The position numbers were made by a program, and so were the translations under genes. From the NCBI GenBank assembly GCA_965223545.1, contig OZ245006.1, forward strand, positions 4,256,001 through 4,320,000: 64,000 bases of DNA. The letters are read 5' to 3'. Position 1 is the stretch's first letter. Each line of letters opens with the position of its first letter. A model generated the notes under the pieces. The model had not been told where the DNA came from, did not search any database, and saw nothing but the letters and a program-made list of their open reading frames with translations. Shown here in pieces: positions 59,938-64,000 of this stretch. This DNA is from Planctomycetota bacterium. Its GTDB lineage: Bacteria > Planctomycetota > UBA1135 > UBA2386.

Positions 59938-61512
59938 TTACGGACGAATCTCGGTGACGACCGGATTGCTGAACAGATTGCCCATCGGCCCGAGTGAGAA
60001 GGTCTGCCAGATCAAGCTGGCGCCCAACAGCCCGGGACTGCCGGTCGGCACCGGCAGCGTGGCGAAGGCGCGGCCCGAGGTGTCACCGACGAAGAGTCCG
60101 AAGCCGATCGGTCCGCCGTTGAAGGTGTGCACCGTCGACCATCCACCGCCGAGCGAGGGCAGCGGGAACGCCGTCGGGCGACCGCCGGGGGCCGGGCCAC
60201 CGCCGATGACCAGCGCACTGGGGAAGCCCTGGAACAGCCCTTGCTGGCTGAGGCGGATGTTCGGATCGCTGGCCAGCGAGACCAGGCCGTCGTTGGCGAC
60301 GTGCAGCGCGACACTGCCGTAGGGAGCGTTCGACGCCCAGCCCGCGCTGACGGTGGCGAGCCCGCGCAGGACCGGCGCGCTGGCGGCGCCACTGCCCTGC
60401 ACGATGCCGGTCCACGATCCGTTGGCGGCTGGCAGGGACGTGGCTCCCATGGTGACTCCGTTGATTACCGCGATCGAGCCCATCGTCCCGCCCGTGTTGG
60501 GCGCGGTCGAGAAGATCGTGCCCTGCCAGGACCCCAGACCGCCACAGCACGTCGAGTCGATGTTCTCGAAGGTGAAGATCAGGTTGGGGTGGTCGACACT
60601 CTGGTCGAACCAGCCCTTGAAGGTGCCGCCGTTCGGATCGATCTCGATGCCGATCATCCAGAACGTGATCGCCGTCGGTTGCCCGAGGTTGTCGACGGCA
60701 CCCGATGCCGCACACATGTCGCGCACCGAGAACTCGCCCCCCGGCCCGACTCCGATTTCGTTGATCACCAGCCTGGCCGAGTCGGCGGCCACGTCTTGCA
60801 CGTTGCCGTTGGCGTCGTACGTGATCGCCGCCGCCGGGATGTAGCAAATGGCACCGTCGTAGGCGAACACCGAAGTCATGCCGTCGCTGACCCAGTGGCC
60901 GCCGGCGACCGATCCCCCCGAAGAGATGCCGTACGCCGGCGAGTAGTAGATCGAGCCGTCGCTCGCCTGGCAGATCGCGTTCGCGCCGGCGACCCAGGAT
61001 CCCGTTTGGGCGCCGATCGCCTTGGTGAAGTGGTCTTGTCGGATGAAGAACTCGACGTCGCCGTTGTCCAAGATGCGCACCCAGTCGCCCTTGCGGACCA
61101 CGTGGGTCGAGGTGCCGTCGAAGACCGTCACCGTCGGCGGCGAGGTGGTTTGCTCGGTGATCGACCAGAACACGCGCCGTGGATCGGCGGAGGCCTTGTC
61201 GGCCTGCTTGACGAACGGCGCGCCCAATCCCCACGACGCCTGGGGGAGGCCGGCGAACTCGGCCATGGTGGTGTCGCCGTCGGCGTCGCCGGTCACCGCC
61301 GCGATCGCCGAGCTCGGAATCCACGGGTGTGCCGCGGCGCCGGAACCCGGGGTGACGACGGAGATGTCGAACGGCCGCAGGCCGCCGAGACCGCCAGCGG
61401 AAGCGTCGAGGCTCGTGCTGTCGTAGCGCGAGAAGAAAAGCAGACTGTCCTGCGCTGGCAGGGCGGTTGCGGCCAGCGTGGCGCACAGGGCGAACAGTGG
61501 GGCGTGGCTCAT
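59938..61512 (-). CDS. Secreted Gly/Ser-rich hypothetical protein with C-terminal beta-sandwich tail
   Basis: GAGGAG RBS; signal peptide LPA-Q; tail LPVPTGSPGLLGASLIWQ. Confidence 0.75.
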   Translation of the reverse strand: MSHAPLFALCATLAATALPAQDSLLFFSRYDSTSLDASAGGLGGLRPFDISVVTPGSGAAAHPWIPSSAIAAVTGDADGDTTMAEFAGLPQASWGLGAPFVKQADKASADPRRVFWSITEQTTSPPTVTVFDGTSTHVVRKGDWVRILDNGDVEFFIRQDHFTKAIGAQTGSWVAGANAICQASDGSIYYSPAYGISSGGSVAGGHWVSDGMTSVFAYDGAICYIPAAAITYDANGNVQDVAADSARLVINEIGVGPGGEFSVRDMCAASGAVDNLGQPTAITFWMIGIEIDPNGGTFKGWFDQSVDHPNLIFTFENIDSTCCGGLGSWQGTIFSTAPNTGGTMGSIAVINGVTMGATSLPAANGSWTGIVQGSGAASAPVLRGLATVSAGWASNAPYGSVALHVANDGLVSLASDPNIRLSQQGLFQGFPSALVIGGGPAPGGRPTAFPLPSLGGGWSTVHTFNGGPIGFGLFVGDTSGRAFATLPVPTGSPGLLGASLIWQTFSLGPMGNLFSNPVVTEIRP

Positions 61513-61616
61513 GAGGCTCCTCGAGGAGAACAAGGGTGCCGCCACGATACCGCTTTCGGCGCGCGGGTGGGTCGCCCGGAGCGTTGGCCCGTCGTCGCGG
61601 CGCGAGGCCCCGCCGA

Positions 61617-63743
61617 TCACCGCCGCCGCAGAAAGATCGCGTCGCGGGGCCCGAGAGTCAGCGACCCACCCTCGACCCGGCCGTCGTTGAACGCGGGATC
61701 CTGGCCGGCCGTACCGACGATCCGCTCGAACTCGAAGCTGCCGCCGGAGCCGACCGTGAACGTGTGGTCGAAGGTCGAGGGGTTGACCATGACCAGGCCG
61801 TTCTCGAACTCGCGCTGCATCGCCGGCGTCGCCGAGTGCACGGTGAGATCTCTCAAGAAGAACGCGGCGTCGGTCTGCCCCTTGCGCAGGCGCAACTTCA
61901 AGTCGACGAGGCGCGGCAGGCCGACGCCACCCAGCGGTCCACCTGCCCTCCGCCAGTAGAACTCCGCTTCGTATGGCGTGGTGTGCGCCCAAGCCCTTGC
62001 CTGGTCGGGTGAGTAGCGGCGCGCGTTGGTCGGCTCGTCCGGGCCGATGTAGCGGTTGTGGCAGGTCATCTCCAGAACGCGAAACCGCTGGTGTGGCTCG
62101 GGAATGGCCTCGGCCCACACGGTGGCGAACACGACCAAGTCACCGGGCAGCGCGGCGAGATCGGGATACGTGATCACCACGTCCTGCGTACTGGAAGTCG
62201 GCAGGACGCGCAGCAGAGGCCCGTTCTGGTCGTAGAGCCGTTGGATCGTGCCGCCGGACACCTGCAACTTCGCCAAGAACGCGTTGGTGAGTGCAGCGCC
62301 TTCCCCGCCGAGTCGATCGGGTGTGTTCTTCGCCAGTCGCTGCGGCGGTTCCGTCGGCTGGCCGAGCCAGTTGGGCACCTGGTCGACGCCGCGCACCATC
62401 TCGTCGAACACTCCGAGCCCGAATGGGGCACCGACGTCGGGGCCTTTGAAGAAGGTCACGGACCAGTCCATCATCGGCCCCATCGCCAGCGACGAGCGGT
62501 GTGCGTGATACGGAACGTCGTCGGCCTGCCCGTCGCCATCCTCGTCGATGGCGTTGAACTTGTGGTTGATGTAGTTGTGGGTCGGGGTGTCGGCGTGCTC
62601 GTTCCAGAACAGCAGCCGGTTGACGCCGCTCGACCAATCGCGCAGAAAGCGCTGCCCGTCCTGGCCGCTCGGAAACCGCTCCGACTCGACGCCGCTGACG
62701 ATGCCGACACTGCGGCCGTTGCGCTGGTTCTGGTTGTCGAAGGTGAGCATGACCGACGGGTCGAGTGGCCCGATGGGCTGGCTGTAGGCGGCCCGGACGC
62801 CCTCGAGAAACTCGGCGATGCCTCGGTCGAGCGCTTCGTGGTCGTCGTCGCCGACGCCGTCGTTGTCGACGTCGAGCGCGCGCTGTTCCGAGAACGCCTT
62901 CGGGTCGCGGTTCAAGACGTCGATCTGAATGCCTTGGTAGATGCTCTCCGGCGCACTGGGGTCGTCCAGCCGGAAAGTCTGCTGCGTGTCTTGCAAGCGC
63001 GCCGCTCGGCAGCTCGCGGCGGCGTAGTTGTAGCACCAGAGCTGGGGACGGGTCGGGTCGCTGATCTTGTCGGGGTCGAAGACGTGCGCCGCGATGTATG
63101 CCCCCGCCGGGAAACTCCCCAGCGCGGTGCCGTAGAGGCCGCGCTGCAGGGACAGGGTCGAGCCGTTGATCCCGACCACTTGCGCTTGTTCGGCGTTGGC
63201 CCAGTCGCGAGCGCCCGGCGGACCGTTCACGATGACGACGTCGTCTCCGTTGCGGAATCCGCTGGTGTCCACCACATCGACCGACAGGACCACCAGCGGA
63301 TGTCCGGTCAGAGCGGTGACCGTGTTGCTCCCCGCGAAGTAGAGCCAGTCCTCGGCGGAGTACAGCGTCTGCGTCGTGCTGACCTCCGCGTTGCGCGACC
63401 GGCCGTTGACCATCGCGAACACGAACTTGCCGGGGTTGCGCGGTGCGTACTTGGTGAAGAACGCCTGCGAGTTGTGCATCCAACCCGGGCGGTTGCCGCA
63501 CAGGCCGTCGAGCAGGTTGATGCGGGCTTCCCACGGTCCGTACTCCATCGGATTGTTCGCGTCCAACCCGATGGTCGACTCGGTTGCCTGCGTGCGAAAC
63601 CAGAAGGCGCGCGGAAAGCCGTCAGCAAACAACTCGTTGCTGGTGCCTACCTGTGCCGCCGCCGGGACGGTCAGACCCAGAAGAAGCGAGGCGCAGAGGA
63701 AGGGGACGCAGAGGATCCGCGGGTCGTCGGTGTCTTGTGGCAT
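61617..63743 (-). CDS. Secreted hypothetical protein, possibly a glycoside hydrolase-like TIM barrel plus beta-sandwich
   Basis: Signal peptide AAA-Q; YQGIQIDV, GVESERFP; C-terminal QREFENGLVMVNP...LGPRDAIFL resembles GH C-terminal domains. Confidence 0.6.
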   Translation of the reverse strand: MPQDTDDPRILCVPFLCASLLLGLTVPAAAQVGTSNELFADGFPRAFWFRTQATESTIGLDANNPMEYGPWEARINLLDGLCGNRPGWMHNSQAFFTKYAPRNPGKFVFAMVNGRSRNAEVSTTQTLYSAEDWLYFAGSNTVTALTGHPLVVLSVDVVDTSGFRNGDDVVIVNGPPGARDWANAEQAQVVGINGSTLSLQRGLYGTALGSFPAGAYIAAHVFDPDKISDPTRPQLWCYNYAAASCRAARLQDTQQTFRLDDPSAPESIYQGIQIDVLNRDPKAFSEQRALDVDNDGVGDDDHEALDRGIAEFLEGVRAAYSQPIGPLDPSVMLTFDNQNQRNGRSVGIVSGVESERFPSGQDGQRFLRDWSSGVNRLLFWNEHADTPTHNYINHKFNAIDEDGDGQADDVPYHAHRSSLAMGPMMDWSVTFFKGPDVGAPFGLGVFDEMVRGVDQVPNWLGQPTEPPQRLAKNTPDRLGGEGAALTNAFLAKLQVSGGTIQRLYDQNGPLLRVLPTSSTQDVVITYPDLAALPGDLVVFATVWAEAIPEPHQRFRVLEMTCHNRYIGPDEPTNARRYSPDQARAWAHTTPYEAEFYWRRAGGPLGGVGLPRLVDLKLRLRKGQTDAAFFLRDLTVHSATPAMQREFENGLVMVNPSTFDHTFTVGSGGSFEFERIVGTAGQDPAFNDGRVEGGSLTLGPRDAIFLRRR

Positions 63744-63795
63744 GAGTGAACTCCGTCCCCCTTGGGAACCGGAGCTCTCTCGCCGTTACGGATGA

Positions 63796-64000
63796 TCAGC
63801 GCGCCGGCGGCTCGACGACGGTGCCGACGATCGGAATGGGCTGCATGACCCGCGCGATGGGCACGGCTTGCGGACGCGCCCGGCGGCGAGTGACCCTCAA
63901 GTAGTCGTCGAGGTAGTTCCACGTCGCCAGGCTGTCGTTGGTGTCCGGCTCGAGCAGGTAGCCGATGAGGTTGGACTTCGGTTGCGCCATCGGCACGAAG
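63796..64000 (-). CDS. C-terminal fragment of a gene running off the window, likely an M14 zinc carboxypeptidase family protein
   Basis: VPMAQPKSNLIGYLLEPDTNDSLATWNYLD resembles the C-terminus of bacterial M14 peptidases; 5' end lies outside the window. Confidence 0.6.
   Translation of the reverse strand, partial: FVPMAQPKSNLIGYLLEPDTNDSLATWNYLDDYLRVTRRRARPQAVPIARVMQPIPIVGTVVEPPAR

Overview
A gene-dense, high-GC (about 70% by eye) bacterial chromosomal segment with about 50 CDSs. An uncultured Planctomycetota-like host is inferred from the ECF sigma factor fused to a membrane-anchored Ig-like ectodomain and the many secreted proteins with shared C-terminal tails. I recognised no rRNA, tRNA, CRISPR array, transposase or integrase. 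Recognisable genes include ligA, aceB-aceA (glyoxylate shunt), a TruC/RluA-type pseudouridine synthase, an RlmN-like enzyme, DsbD, a DPP-IV (S9) peptidase, a proline racemase-family enzyme and an NtrC/histidine kinase/receiver/TPR operon. Strongest leads: (1) a Tat-signal protein ending in a GGCG...GCGMGH tail, translationally coupled to a DUF692/MNIO enzyme with a fused C-terminal extension and followed by a radical SAM/SPASM gene, a candidate protein-modification system; (2) DsbD read through an in-frame UGA as a U-V-N-C selenoprotein, with a SECIS-like hairpin; (3) a SLOG(cpYpsA)-2H phosphoesterase fusion next to a NUDIX gene; (4) a roughly 120-bp structured repeat that starts at stop codons and shows a compensatory base change; (5) a split TM0106 nuclease/SF1 helicase pair separated by a perfect 25-bp inverted repeat. 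Window-wide patterns are leaderless-type -10 boxes and Gln at +1 of secreted proteins. All family calls come from manual motif recognition, not database searches, and many start codons were re-called by hand.
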